Shown here: positions 1 through 9,676 of the stretch, one piece after another
How positions within the stretch are numbered: the first letter of the stretch is position 1
Layout of the letters: each line of letters opens with the position of its first letter
Assembly (NCBI GenBank): GCA_963840745.1
Contig: CAWJAC010000006.1
Location: 33,947 to 97,946 of the forward strand
Direction: 5' to 3'
Length of the DNA stretch: 64,000 nt
Source of the DNA: Candidatus Zambryskiibacteriota bacterium
GTDB taxonomy: Bacteria > Patescibacteriota > Minisyncoccia > Phycocordibacterales > WO2-35-19
Program-made: the position numbers and the translations under genes
Notes under the pieces: model-generated
Told to the model about the DNA's origin: nothing
Databases searched by the model: none
What the model saw: only the letters and a program-made list of their open reading frames with translations

Positions 1-672
1 GGCCAATTCTTTCATTACCGACTTTCTGAATTTTTCCAACTTTTCCAATTTTTCATTGTAGCTTTTTTTAAAGACTGAAGATATTTCATCGTAACCTTCT
101 TTGTCAGCGTAAGGGAAGGAGAGATCTTCTAATTCACGGGCGAGTTTTCTTATACCAAGCCGGTTGGCGATGGGGGCATAGATTTCAATCGTTTCTTTGG
201 CGATTCTTTTTTGTTTTTCGGGCGGAATGAAAGCTAGCGTTTTTATGTTATGCAACCTATCGCAGAGCTTGACGATGAGCACTCTCAAATCTTTGGATGT
301 GGCTAAGAGTAGCTTGCGCAATGATTCATTGTAACGGTCGGCGCCGTGGTATTTGAGTGTGCCTAGTTTAGAAACTCCTTCTACTATAAACAGCACCTCC
401 TTGCTGAATTCTTTTTCTATAGTTTTGGCTTCAGTCTTCGTGTCTTCTAATATGTCATGCAAGAAGCCGGCGGCAACAGTCGTCGCATCCATGCCCAGCT
501 CGGCTATATTTTTGGCAGTTTCAAATAAGTGATTGAAATATGGTTCACCACTAAGTCTCGTCTGTTCATCGTGTGCCCTTTTGGCAAAATCATAGGCCTT
601 TTTTACAAGTTCTTTGTCTTCAACACTTGTATCTGTCAAAAGAGATAATATCTTTTCAACGTCGTTTTCCAT
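1..672 (-). CDS. RelA/SpoT-family protein, N-terminal HD (ppGpp hydrolase) domain; 3' part lies outside the window
   Basis: Own minus-strand translation from ATG (plus cat 670-672): MENDVEKILSLL...AYDFAKRAHDEQTRLSGEPYFNHL...AAGFLHDILEDT...LIVKLCDRLHNIKTL. This is the HD-domain pattern of RelA/SpoT homologs. Absent from the ORF track because it is open to the window edge. Confidence 0.8.
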   Translation of the reverse strand, partial: MENDVEKILSLLTDTSVEDKELVKKAYDFAKRAHDEQTRLSGEPYFNHLFETAKNIAELGMDATTVAAGFLHDILEDTKTEAKTIEKEFSKEVLFIVEGVSKLGTLKYHGADRYNESLRKLLLATSKDLRVLIVKLCDRLHNIKTLAFIPPEKQKRIAKETIEIYAPIANRLGIRKLARELEDLSFPYADKEGYDEISSVFKKSYNEKLEKLEKFRKSVMKELA

Positions 673-674
673 TT

Positions 675-2849
675 TTATTTTTTCTTTTGCCATCTGCCAC
701 GGCTGACTTTTTTGGGCTCGCGCAAGATTTCGAGAGCGCGGGGGAAAGTGATGGTGTAGACATCATCTGTTTTGAGCGAGCGAAAATCTTTTTGATGCAC
801 AATGTAAGGGCCGAAGCGGCCGATATTTGCTGAAATCATTTCGTGAGTTTCAGGATGTTTACCCAATTCTCTCGGCAAGCTCAAATATTTGACAGCTTCT
901 TCAAGTGTCACTGATTTTGGATCTTTGTCTTTGGGTATGCTAGACCGGCTCGGTTTTTTATTTTTTTCATCTTTAACCCCGAGCTGTACATAAGGCCCAA
1001 ACCTTCCATCCATCACAAATATCGGCAATCCTGTGGCGGGATCTGCACCGATCGTCTCAGCTTCTTTTATTTCACTGCCATCTATATTTCTCATACCTTT
1101 ACAGTCAGGAAATTTTTCGCAACTCAGAAACTTTCCTCCTCTGCCGAGTTTTATTATCATATCTGATCCACAGATTGGACACTTAATTTTGGGATCAGCA
1201 TCACCCAACGTAGTGAGCTTAGCGGTTTTTTCTTTTTCTTTAACATCTTTCAAAAAAGGTTTGTAAAATTCGCGCAGTGTCGGCTCATACTCCCTCTTGC
1301 CGTCGGCGATTTGGTCAAGCTCATCTTCCATTTCGGCAGTGAAAGTGTCGCTTATGTAATTCTCAAAATTATTTTCCAAAAATGTAGACACCACATCGCC
1401 GACATCTGTCGGCTTGAGAGTCCGGCCGTCTTTTTCTACATAACCTCGCTCTACGATAGTGCCGATGATGGAAGCATAAGTGGAGGGTCGGCCGATGCCT
1501 CTTTTCTCCAATTCTTTTATAAGCCCGGCTTCGCTGTATCTGTTTGGCGGCTCGGTTTGCTTTTTTTCATTATTTAAATTAAGTAAAGATAGAGGATCGT
1601 TTGCTTTAACTTTTGGCAACAAAACATCTTCACCTTTGGCTTGCGGATCTGCCAAAAGCCAACCGCTTTTTATAACGCGCGATCCGTTGGCGACGAAATC
1701 GGGAATCGTATCAACAGCTGCGATAATTTTAGTCCTCATTATCTCAGCATCCTTCATTTGAGAGGCGACGGCTCTCTGCCAAATGAGAGCATAAACCCTT
1801 TTTTGGTCATCGGTTGTGCCGCAATTTTCTTTATCGAAATGTGTTGGGCGAATAGCCTCGTGCGCTTCCTGCGCATTTTTAGATTTAGTTTTGTAAGTGC
1901 GGAATTGATGCATTTCTTCTCCGAACTTTTTTACCACTGCACCTTTGATTTGCCCCAAGGCCACAGACGCCATATTTAAGCTGTCGGTACGCATATAAGT
2001 AATATGTCCGGCTTCATAAAGTTTCTGGGCTGTCATCATTGTGCGTTTTGGTGAAAAGCCAAGCCGAGTGGAAGCCGCTTGTTGCAAAGTGGAAGTAGTA
2101 AATGGCGCATAAGGAGCCCTTTTGGCCGCCGTCTCTACCACGTCTTTGACAGACCATTTCCCGTTTTTTGCCACATTATAAATTTCATCTGCCTCTTTTT
2201 TTGTTTTTGGTTTTTCTTCGCACTCAACTATAATTTTTTCTTTTTTTTCTGTCTCAACATCTGCGCTTATTACAAAAAAAGTTTCCGGTTTAAAGGCTCT
2301 GATTTCTCTTTCTCTTTCCATTAATATTCTCAGAGCGGGGGATTGAACCCGGCCGGCCGAAAGCCCGTATCTAACTTTTTTCCAGATCAGTCCCAGACGA
2401 GATCATAACCCACCAAGTCGGTCCAAAACTCTCCTGGCCTCCTGAGCCTTTCTCAAATTTTGGTCAATGGCGCGAGGGTGTTTGAGCGCTTCTTCAATCG
2501 CTTCTTTGGTTATCTCATGATAAGTAACTCTTTGGGGTTTTATATCAGAATCTTTTTTTAAAATTTCGGCTAAGTGCCAGGCAATAGCTTCTCCTTCTCG
2601 ATCGGGGTCAGTGGCAAGCAGTATTTCGTCAGCCTTCTTGGCTAACTGTCTTATTTCTGCCACCACTCTTTCTTTGCCTTTTGAAATTTCATAATGGGGA
2701 ATAAAACCGCCTTCTATATCGATGGCCTTTTTGTTTGACTTGGGCAAATCGCGGACATGGCCAACACTGGCGACCACGGTATAATCGCTACCGACATACT
2801 TGCCGATAGTTTTGGCTTTGGCTGGTGATTCAACGATCAGTAATTTCAT
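675..2849 (-). CDS. topA: DNA topoisomerase I, interrupted by one in-frame TGA as assembled
   Basis: ORF 2403-2849 has the TOPRIM domain (MKLLIVESPAKAKTIGKY, DPDREGEAIAWH). ORF 675-2321 has the core plus C-terminal zinc ribbons (KCPICGS, FLSCEKFPDC). Both are in the same frame. The gap 2322-2402 is open and reads SRLGLIWKKVRYGLSAGRVQSPALRIL. Confidence 0.9.
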
Positions 2850-2892
2850 AATTGACTAAGCATAATGAAAAATAAAATAAAAAGCAAAAACC

Positions 2893-3780
2893 TCACCCCA
2901 AACGGATTTCACCGAGGGTTTCTTTGATAAGGCCTTTAAGTTCAAGGAGGGAAAGTAAAGTTTGGGTTTCGCCTATGGAAATTTGATGCTCCAAATTTGC
3001 CCGACGTAAAATTTCGTCGCGAGGAAGAGGCTCAATCAAAAGTTTTATAATAAACATCTCCTTTGGGGAGCAGTCAAAATATTTTTTCTCTTCATCTTCT
3101 TCACTTTCTTCGCCATTTTCTTTTTCCAAATGCAAAGCTTCCAAGATATCATAGCTATCGCGAATGGGTGTTGCGCCGAGACGAATGAGCATATGGGGCC
3201 CCTGACTTGTCGTATTGAATATACTTCCGGGAAGGGCAAGAACATCCCTGTTGTATTCAGTGGCAAGTCGCGCAGTAATTAAAGTGCCGGACTTTTTCTC
3301 AGCTTCTATTATAAGTGTGGCATGGCACATACCGGCCATAATTCTATTTCTTTGTGGGAAGCTCCATTGAGTCGCTTTAAATTCAGGATCAAATTCGTTC
3401 ATGATCATGCCGCCTTTTTCTACAATTTCTTGCGCTAGACGAGTATGAGATTGGGGATGCAAAACTTCTAGAGAAATTCCCGAGCCTGGCACTGAAATAG
3501 TAGGTAGATTATTTTTTAAAGCGGCTCTATGAGCAACGGAATCAATTCCAAGAGCTAGGCCGGAGATAATTGTTATGGGATAACCGCGCAAGCCGTCTAT
3601 GAAAGTTTCCACAGCTTCTTTGCCATAACTTGTATTTTTGCGAGCGCCGACTATGCAAAGAAGTTTTCTTGACCAATCAGCGATTTTGCCGGCATAAAAC
3701 AGTTGTTTTGGCAACTGATTTATTTCTTCGAGCAAAGGCGGCCAATCTTTTCTTGCTAGTTTTTTTATTTCATATTTCAT
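2893..3780 (-). CDS. dprA: DNA processing protein DprA/Smf
   Basis: 295 aa; SGLALGIDSVAHRAAL and the Rossmann-like DprA core. Confidence 0.85.
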   Translation of the reverse strand: MKYEIKKLARKDWPPLLEEINQLPKQLFYAGKIADWSRKLLCIVGARKNTSYGKEAVETFIDGLRGYPITIISGLALGIDSVAHRAALKNNLPTISVPGSGISLEVLHPQSHTRLAQEIVEKGGMIMNEFDPEFKATQWSFPQRNRIMAGMCHATLIIEAEKKSGTLITARLATEYNRDVLALPGSIFNTTSQGPHMLIRLGATPIRDSYDILEALHLEKENGEESEEDEEKKYFDCSPKEMFIIKLLIEPLPRDEILRRANLEHQISIGETQTLLSLLELKGLIKETLGEIRLG

Positions 3781-3827
3781 TTGTTTGTGGCACTCGCATT
3801 TATTGTAGCATTTGATATTATTTAAGC

Positions 3828-5099
3828 ATGCTAGATATTAAGTTTATAAGAGAAAACGCTGAGCTGGTGGCCGAAGGAGCCAAAAAGAAACACATAGAAT
3901 TTGATGTGCAAAAACTTATAGAAGTTGACGATAAGAGAAAAGCTATAAGTTTAAAACTTGATTTAAGAGAAGAGAGCAAGCAGAACGAAGCAAGCCAAAA
4001 AATTCCTCAGACGGTCAGACACCGGAAGAAAAAGAGCATTAATAAAAAAGATGCATGCCTTTTAAAGAAGAGATGCAAAAACTGGAAGAAGAGCTTAAGG
4101 GGGTGATGATTGAATGGCAAAAATTGATGGTATGCGGTGCCTAACATTCCGGATGTTTCGGTACCCGAAGGAAGTGAGGATAAAGATAACAAAGAGGTTA
4201 AAGTATGGGGAAGTATTCCAAAATTTGATTTTAAGCCCAAAAGCCATATTGAAATTATGCAAAATTTGGATATGGTTGATCTGGAAAGGGGGACAAAGGT
4301 TGCCGGGTTTAGGGGATATTTTTTGAAAAACGACGGAGTGCTTCTATCATTTGCCATTTGGCAGCATGCTCTCAGTCATTTTTTGAAAAAAGGTTTTACG
4401 CCTATGATAGTGCCATCGCTTGTCCGCCGAGAACCCTTTGTTGGTTCCGGATATTTGCCGCAAGGGGAAGAAGATTTATACAAAACTCAAGATGGAGAAT
4501 ATCTCTCCGGCACAGCGGAGGTGGCAACCATGGCTTTTCATATGGATGAAATTTTGGACAAAAAAAGTTTGCCTAAAAAGTTTTTATCATTTTCCCCGTG
4601 TTTTAGAAGAGAAGCGGGCGCATACAGTAAAGATGTTAAAGGTCTGATCAGGGTCCATGAATTTTATAAAGTGGAGCAAGTTATTTTGTGTGAGGCCAGC
4701 CACGAAGAATCAGTTAAATACCATGAATTTTTGCATCGCAACACAGAAGAATTCATCGAAACTCTCGGTATTCCTTATCACACAGTAATCAATTGTGCCG
4801 GTGATCTCGGTTTGGGCCAAGTTAAAAAATATGACATTGAATTATGGGTGCCTCTTGAAGAAAAGTATCGTGAGATAGGTTCAACATCATATTTTCATGA
4901 TTTTCAAACACGCAGATTGGGAATCCGTTATAAAGACGATGATGGTAAAATGAAATATACTCACTCTCTCAATAGTACGGCCATTCCAACACCACGCATA
5001 CTTGTGTCCTTAATTGAAAACTATCAACAGGCTGATGGCTCCATAATCATTCCGGAAGTTTTGAGGCCTTATATGGGTGGAAAAAGCAAAATAGAATAA
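3828..5099 (+). CDS. serS: Seryl-tRNA synthetase, at least two frame changes between about 3990 and 4137 as assembled
   Basis: The N-terminal arm (MLDIKFIRENAELV...) loses sense after about 3990. KEEMQKLEEELKGVMIEWQKLMV is readable in a second frame. The class II core is in ORF 4137-5099 (FSPCFRREAG, GLIRVHEF). Confidence 0.85.
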
Positions 5100-5120
5100 C
5101 ACCCCCGGACTTCGTCTCGA

Positions 5121-5141
5121 CCCCTCTTATGTTAAGAGGGG
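5121..5141. repeat. CCCCTCTTA-N3-TAAGAGGGG palindrome (family copy a)
   Basis: Perfect 9-bp arms read directly: cccctctta tgt taagagggg. Located just after serS. Confidence 0.8.
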
Positions 5142-5182
5142 TAAAAAAGATAGAAAAATAAAAATTCTCCACTTAATATTTC

Positions 5183-5590
5183 ATGAAAATCAGCGAATAT
5201 ACAAAAGAATATACTGCTGGTAAACCGATCACATTTTACAACGTAATCATGGAGGCAAATGAACTAATAGTAGAAATTGTAAATATAAGATGGGATGGTA
5301 TGAAGGAAGAATTTGAAGATGTATTTCATTTCTTGCAGTTATGGTTATATTCGAAATTTGGAGTAGATGGGGAAATATGGAAAATTACAAAACATTCTGT
5401 AAAGAAATTTATGGACAGAAAACTGATTTGGAATAAGATTTATGTATTTGTTGGATTGTCAGAAAATATTTCAGGTTTTGTTGGAAACTACAAGAAGATA
5501 GAAAAAGTGGTAAACCATCTTCAAAAATTCGGGATAGACAGAACAAAAGCTGAGGAAGCTTATGGTAAAATTGTGGCAAATAAACAGTAA
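5183..5590 (+). CDS. Hypothetical protein, possibly MazG-like all-alpha NTP pyrophosphohydrolase fold
   Basis: 135-aa ORF; the acidic helix pattern ANELIVEIV...MKEEFEDVFHFLQLW is weakly MazG-like. No firm motif. Confidence 0.4.
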   Translation: MKISEYTKEYTAGKPITFYNVIMEANELIVEIVNIRWDGMKEEFEDVFHFLQLWLYSKFGVDGEIWKITKHSVKKFMDRKLIWNKIYVFVGLSENISGFVGNYKKIEKVVNHLQKFGIDRTKAEEAYGKIVANKQ

Positions 5591-5603
5591 GATCCCCAAT
5601 TTA

Positions 5604-5990
5604 ATGAATTCAAAATTTCTTTACAATAATAAAGTCTTGAAAGATCGCAGGAAGGAATTAAGAAATAACTCAACTGAAACGGAAAAGATTCTTTGGGATA
5701 ATTTGAAACACAGCAAGCTTGGAGGTTTGAAATTTGTGAGGCAATACAGTGCTGGGCCATATATTTTAGATTTTTATTGCCCGAAACTTAGATTGGCGAT
5801 AGAATTAGATGGTAGACAGCATGGTGAGATAGAAGCCGTTTTGTATGATAAAGATAGAGAAGATTATTTAAATACTGTGCATATAGAAACTATTAGATTT
5901 TGGAACAAAGAAATAATAAATGATATAAAAGGATCGCTTAATAGAATTTTAATTCAAGCTATGAAAATGGCGAACCCCCTCTTAAGATAA
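5604..5990 (+). CDS. DUF559 endonuclease-domain protein (Vsr-like fold)
   Basis: FVRQYSAGPYILDFYCPKLRLAIELDGRQH...DKDREDYL...IRFWNKEI matches the DUF559 pattern. Start chosen at MNSKF to avoid overlap with the upstream gene. Confidence 0.75.
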   Translation: MNSKFLYNNKVLKDRRKELRNNSTETEKILWDNLKHSKLGGLKFVRQYSAGPYILDFYCPKLRLAIELDGRQHGEIEAVLYDKDREDYLNTVHIETIRFWNKEIINDIKGSLNRILIQAMKMANPLLR

Positions 5991-5997
5991 GAGGGGG
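5975..5997. repeat. CCCCCTCTTA-N3-TAAGAGGGGG palindrome (family copy b)
   Basis: Perfect 10-bp arms; overlaps the 3' end of the DUF559 gene. Confidence 0.8.
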
Positions 5998-6008
5998 TAG
6001 GGGGTGAT

Positions 6009-6833
6009 ATGAAAACAAGTAGATACAAAAAAGCATCTTCTAGAATTTCTAAACGGCAGAAAACAAGAAAATATGCCGGCATGTTTTTGAAGATAGCATT
6101 GCCGGTTGTTGTCTTGGTCGGCTTCGTTTTTCTCCTGCGGGCTAATTTTTTGCAGATAAAAAATTTTGAAATTCAGGGAACCGAAACCATACCACAGGAA
6201 AATATAAAAAATACAGCCTTAAGCTTTGCTTCTGGCACCAATTTTTTGGTTATACCAAAATCAAATATATTCTTTTTAAGTGAGAGCGGATTGGCAAACG
6301 CTTTGCTCGCTTCCAACCCAAGAATAGAAAAAGTTGATGTTGGTAAAAACTTTTTCAGTCAAAGCGTTGAGTTGTCGGTAGTTGAGAGGAAAGGAGATTT
6401 TCTGTGGTGCTCTGCGGATGGTAGTTGTTATTTTATGACCAAAGAGGGATTGGTATTCGAGAAATTAGACAGTAATTCGCCCAACTTCGCTGAAGCTTCG
6501 CTGGGTAAAATTCACTTCACAGGAATTTTAGACGGAAATCCCATTATGAAAAGTTTTGCCACTCCGGCAGAAATCCAAAATTATTTGAAACTGGTTGATG
6601 TTTTTAAAAATGCCAAGATTACTGTTACTGAAATAAATATTGAGTTAATAGATAAGGCTACGGCCAAAACGGATGTGGGCGACATAATATTTAATCCTGA
6701 AGATTCCGACCTATCAGTTGCGGCCCAAAATGCCATTCTCCTTATAAACGACGTGAAGAGTAAAAATGCTTCCGCTCGTTTCAATTATGTTGATGTCCGC
6801 TTCGGCAACAAAATGTTTTATAAGCTGATATAA
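6009..6833 (+). CDS. ftsQ: Cell division protein FtsQ-like (N-terminal TM segment plus POTRA domain)
   Basis: Basic N-terminus, one TM segment, then LQIKNFEIQGTETIPQENIKN, typical of the FtsQ POTRA start. Confidence 0.65.
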   Translation: MKTSRYKKASSRISKRQKTRKYAGMFLKIALPVVVLVGFVFLLRANFLQIKNFEIQGTETIPQENIKNTALSFASGTNFLVIPKSNIFFLSESGLANALLASNPRIEKVDVGKNFFSQSVELSVVERKGDFLWCSADGSCYFMTKEGLVFEKLDSNSPNFAEASLGKIHFTGILDGNPIMKSFATPAEIQNYLKLVDVFKNAKITVTEINIELIDKATAKTDVGDIIFNPEDSDLSVAAQNAILLINDVKSKNASARFNYVDVRFGNKMFYKLI

Positions 6834-6840
6834 TAAATAC

Positions 6841-7242
6841 ATGTCTGAAGCTTATGAGAGAGAACCGTTTTTTTTGGCTTATATAAAATGGCACTACGGA
6901 GAAGGGCTGAGGGAATTCTTCGGCGTAGTCGGAAATTTTTTGTGGTTTGTTACGAATTTTTTCTCATTCAAGCTTCTGCTCAAAACTTTATTTGCCCCTT
7001 GGAAAAGGATGGGCGAACATTATGAGGGCGGTCTTGATTTTGGCGCTCTTGCCTCAACACTTATAATCAACACTCTGATGAGAATAGTCGGCTTCTTGAC
7101 CAAAGTTGTGGTTTTACTGGTTGGGCTCGTCTCTTATATTTTGGTTTTGATCTTTTCATTCTTTCTTTCCGTCATTTGGATTTTCGCGCCCGCAATCCTT
7201 TTGGGATGCATCGTTCTTTCAGCCACATTTTTTGTTGTATAA
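6841..7242 (+). CDS. Small integral membrane protein, unknown function
   Basis: 133 aa with several hydrophobic segments. Confidence 0.5.
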   Translation: MSEAYEREPFFLAYIKWHYGEGLREFFGVVGNFLWFVTNFFSFKLLLKTLFAPWKRMGEHYEGGLDFGALASTLIINTLMRIVGFLTKVVVLLVGLVSYILVLIFSFFLSVIWIFAPAILLGCIVLSATFFVV

Positions 7243-7246
7243 AGCT

Positions 7247-9664
7247 ATGACTTTTAAAAAACTCAAAGAAACATCAAGACCGCATTATTACTGCCTTTTT
7301 CTGGATAAGTTTTTTCCGAGAAAACTGCGCAGCTCTTTAAGGGGTGCCTCGGCCCTTTTTGCTCTTATCTCTTTTGCTCTTTCTTTTAATGTCCTGCCGC
7401 TTTATTTCGGAGGTGCCGATGGTTTCTTTTTCCTTTTCATTTTTATTTATATGGCTCTTTCTTTCCTTGAATTTTTCTACCGCTCAATGGCCAATGAAGG
7501 CCTGCGGGTCAGAATAAACGAAAGCCTCCTTAGTAAAAACAAAAATATAGATTATGCTCTTTCAAGCATATTATTTGTTACAGACGAAATTAATATCACT
7601 TCAGCCTTGTTTGAATCAAAAGTCGGTGCAGAAGTTCTCGTGAGGTCTGGTATATTGCCTGAAAATTTCAAAAATTTTATATATTCGGAGAAGTCGCCCA
7701 TTATGTCTTCATCTTTAAATCTTGACAGCGATTTCGTCGATCTTTCTTTTTACCTGAGTGCTCTCTATGATGCCGATAAATCTTTAGAATCCTTCCTTTC
7801 TCAAAATTCTGTGAATAAAGAAGAGTTTGTCGGCGCGGCCGCTTGGGTTATGAATATGGAGGAACAGAAGCTTCGCAAAGAGAGATTTTGGAGCCGGGAA
7901 AATTTGGGGGCGATACCATCTATCGGCACCAGCTGGTCTTATGGAGTGTCTACCGATCTCGGCAAATTTGGAGTCTCATTCGAAAAGCTGACCAACATAT
8001 CTTCTCTTGATGTTGAAAATGGTTATCGAAGCAAAGAGGTGGCAGCTCTGGAAGGAATTCTTGAAAGGAGAGAAGAAGCCAACGCTATAATAATTGATGA
8101 TGACGAAGCGATAGCCAAAGACATCATCGGCCGGTTTTTAAAAAGAATTGACTTGGGTATTTCCCCTCCATCCCTTGAACATAAAAATGTCATTGAACTC
8201 GATTGGAATGCTCTGGCCGCTTTCTATAAAAACAAAGGCGAGCTTGAGAGTGAACTTCTGAAAATATTGAACCAATCGGTTTCTGCCGGCAATGTCATTC
8301 TATATATGAGAGATTTGTCGGGATTTATATCGAGTGTCAAATCTTTGGGTGTAAACTTGCCGTCACTTTTGTCTCCTTATCTTGCTTCCAGGAATTTGCA
8401 AGTCATAGCTTCGGCCACTAACACGGATTTTCATTTCTTTATTGAGCAAAGCCCGACTCTTCTGGAAAGGTTTGAAAGGATCATTCCTGACCCAGCAGGG
8501 GCTAATGCCTCAATGGGCGTCCTTTTGGAGCAGGCACCTTCTTTGGAAAGCCAATACGGCTTTTATTTTTCTTTCCCAAGTATTTTGGCGATTGCAAATA
8601 GTGCTGATCGTTTCGTCACTTATGGCGAGATGCCGGGCAAAGCGCTTGATATGATGACGGAGATCGCTCCTTGGGCGGCGGAGAGGAAAATATTTATTCT
8701 GAAGGAAAATGACGTTTCAATCTTTGTTTCGGAAAAGACAGGCATTACTACCGGAGCCATCAAAGAAAAAGAAGCGGAAAAAATCGAACATCTGGAAGAA
8801 TTGTTGCACCAAAGAGTGGTCGGCCAAGATGAAGCGGTCAGTGGCATTGCCAATGCCATAAGGAGGGCTCGCTCGGGCATAGACAATCCAAAGCGGCCGC
8901 TTTCTTCTTTCCTTTTCATTGGTCCAACCGGAGTGGGCAAAACAGAAGTGTCAAAAGCTTTAGCTGAAAGTTTTTTTGGCGACGAAAAGAAGATGATCCG
9001 ATTTGATATGACCGAATACAACGGACCGGATGCTCTCTCGCGTCTTATTGGAGATTTTGCTATGAGCAGAAGCGGCCTTTTGGCCAGTAAGATAAGAGAT
9101 AATCCATATAGCGTTCTTCTTTTGGATGAATTTGAAAAAGCGGCGCCGGATGTTTTGGATTTGTTCTTGCAAATATTGGACGAAGGCATTTTTACCGATG
9201 CTCTCGGCAGGCAAGTGGGGTGCCGCAATCTTATCATTATCGCTACCTCGAACGCCGGCAGTTCGCTTATTTGGGAGATAATTAAATCAGGCAAAGATTT
9301 GGTTCAATCAAAAGACTTGATTATCAATTCAATTATAAAAGATAAAATATTCAGGCCGGAACTTTTGAACCGTTTTGACGGCGTTATACTTTTTCATCCT
9401 CTGCAAAATAAGGAACTTGAGGATATCGCTAAACTTGAACTTGAAAAATTGGCGGGGAGGCTCAAAGGGCAAAATATTGATCTGATTATTAACGACGAAG
9501 TGATAAATTTCTTGGTAGAAAAGGGGAGCGACCCCCAATTTGGCGGCCGCTCTATCAATCGTGCTATTCAAAATGACATAGAAAATATAATTGCTCGCAA
9601 AATTGTCAGCGGGCAAGCCAAGCCGGGAAGCAAAATTGAAATAAAAAGAGAAGAACTTGTGTGA
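7247..9664 (+). CDS. Clp/Hsp100-family AAA+ ATPase with hydrophobic N-terminus and degenerate first ATPase module
   Basis: The D2 module is intact: VVGQDEAV...FLFIGPTGVGKTE...LLLDEFEKA...ATSN. The D1-like region keeps LQVIASATNTDFHFF...LLERFERI but has IIDDDEAIAKDIIG where a Walker A would sit. The N-terminus is hydrophobic (LFALISFALSF...FFFLFIFIYMALSF). Confidence 0.8.
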   Translation: MTFKKLKETSRPHYYCLFLDKFFPRKLRSSLRGASALFALISFALSFNVLPLYFGGADGFFFLFIFIYMALSFLEFFYRSMANEGLRVRINESLLSKNKNIDYALSSILFVTDEINITSALFESKVGAEVLVRSGILPENFKNFIYSEKSPIMSSSLNLDSDFVDLSFYLSALYDADKSLESFLSQNSVNKEEFVGAAAWVMNMEEQKLRKERFWSRENLGAIPSIGTSWSYGVSTDLGKFGVSFEKLTNISSLDVENGYRSKEVAALEGILERREEANAIIIDDDEAIAKDIIGRFLKRIDLGISPPSLEHKNVIELDWNALAAFYKNKGELESELLKILNQSVSAGNVILYMRDLSGFISSVKSLGVNLPSLLSPYLASRNLQVIASATNTDFHFFIEQSPTLLERFERIIPDPAGANASMGVLLEQAPSLESQYGFYFSFPSILAIANSADRFVTYGEMPGKALDMMTEIAPWAAERKIFILKENDVSIFVSEKTGITTGAIKEKEAEKIEHLEELLHQRVVGQDEAVSGIANAIRRARSGIDNPKRPLSSFLFIGPTGVGKTEVSKALAESFFGDEKKMIRFDMTEYNGPDALSRLIGDFAMSRSGLLASKIRDNPYSVLLLDEFEKAAPDVLDLFLQILDEGIFTDALGRQVGCRNLIIIATSNAGSSLIWEIIKSGKDLVQSKDLIINSIIKDKIFRPELLNRFDGVILFHPLQNKELEDIAKLELEKLAGRLKGQNIDLIINDEVINFLVEKGSDPQFGGRSINRAIQNDIENIIARKIVSGQAKPGSKIEIKREELV

Positions 9665-9676
9665 TAGAATGGCAGG

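Noticed and set aside
2403-2405. In-frame TGA in topA as evidence for an alternative genetic code (UGA read as Gly or Trp, as in some candidate phyla and mycoplasmas).
   Set aside because: TGA is used as a genuine terminator in this window, for example by dprA (2893-2895) and the Clp ATPase (9662-9664). Long genes contain no other in-frame TGA. The standard code fits.
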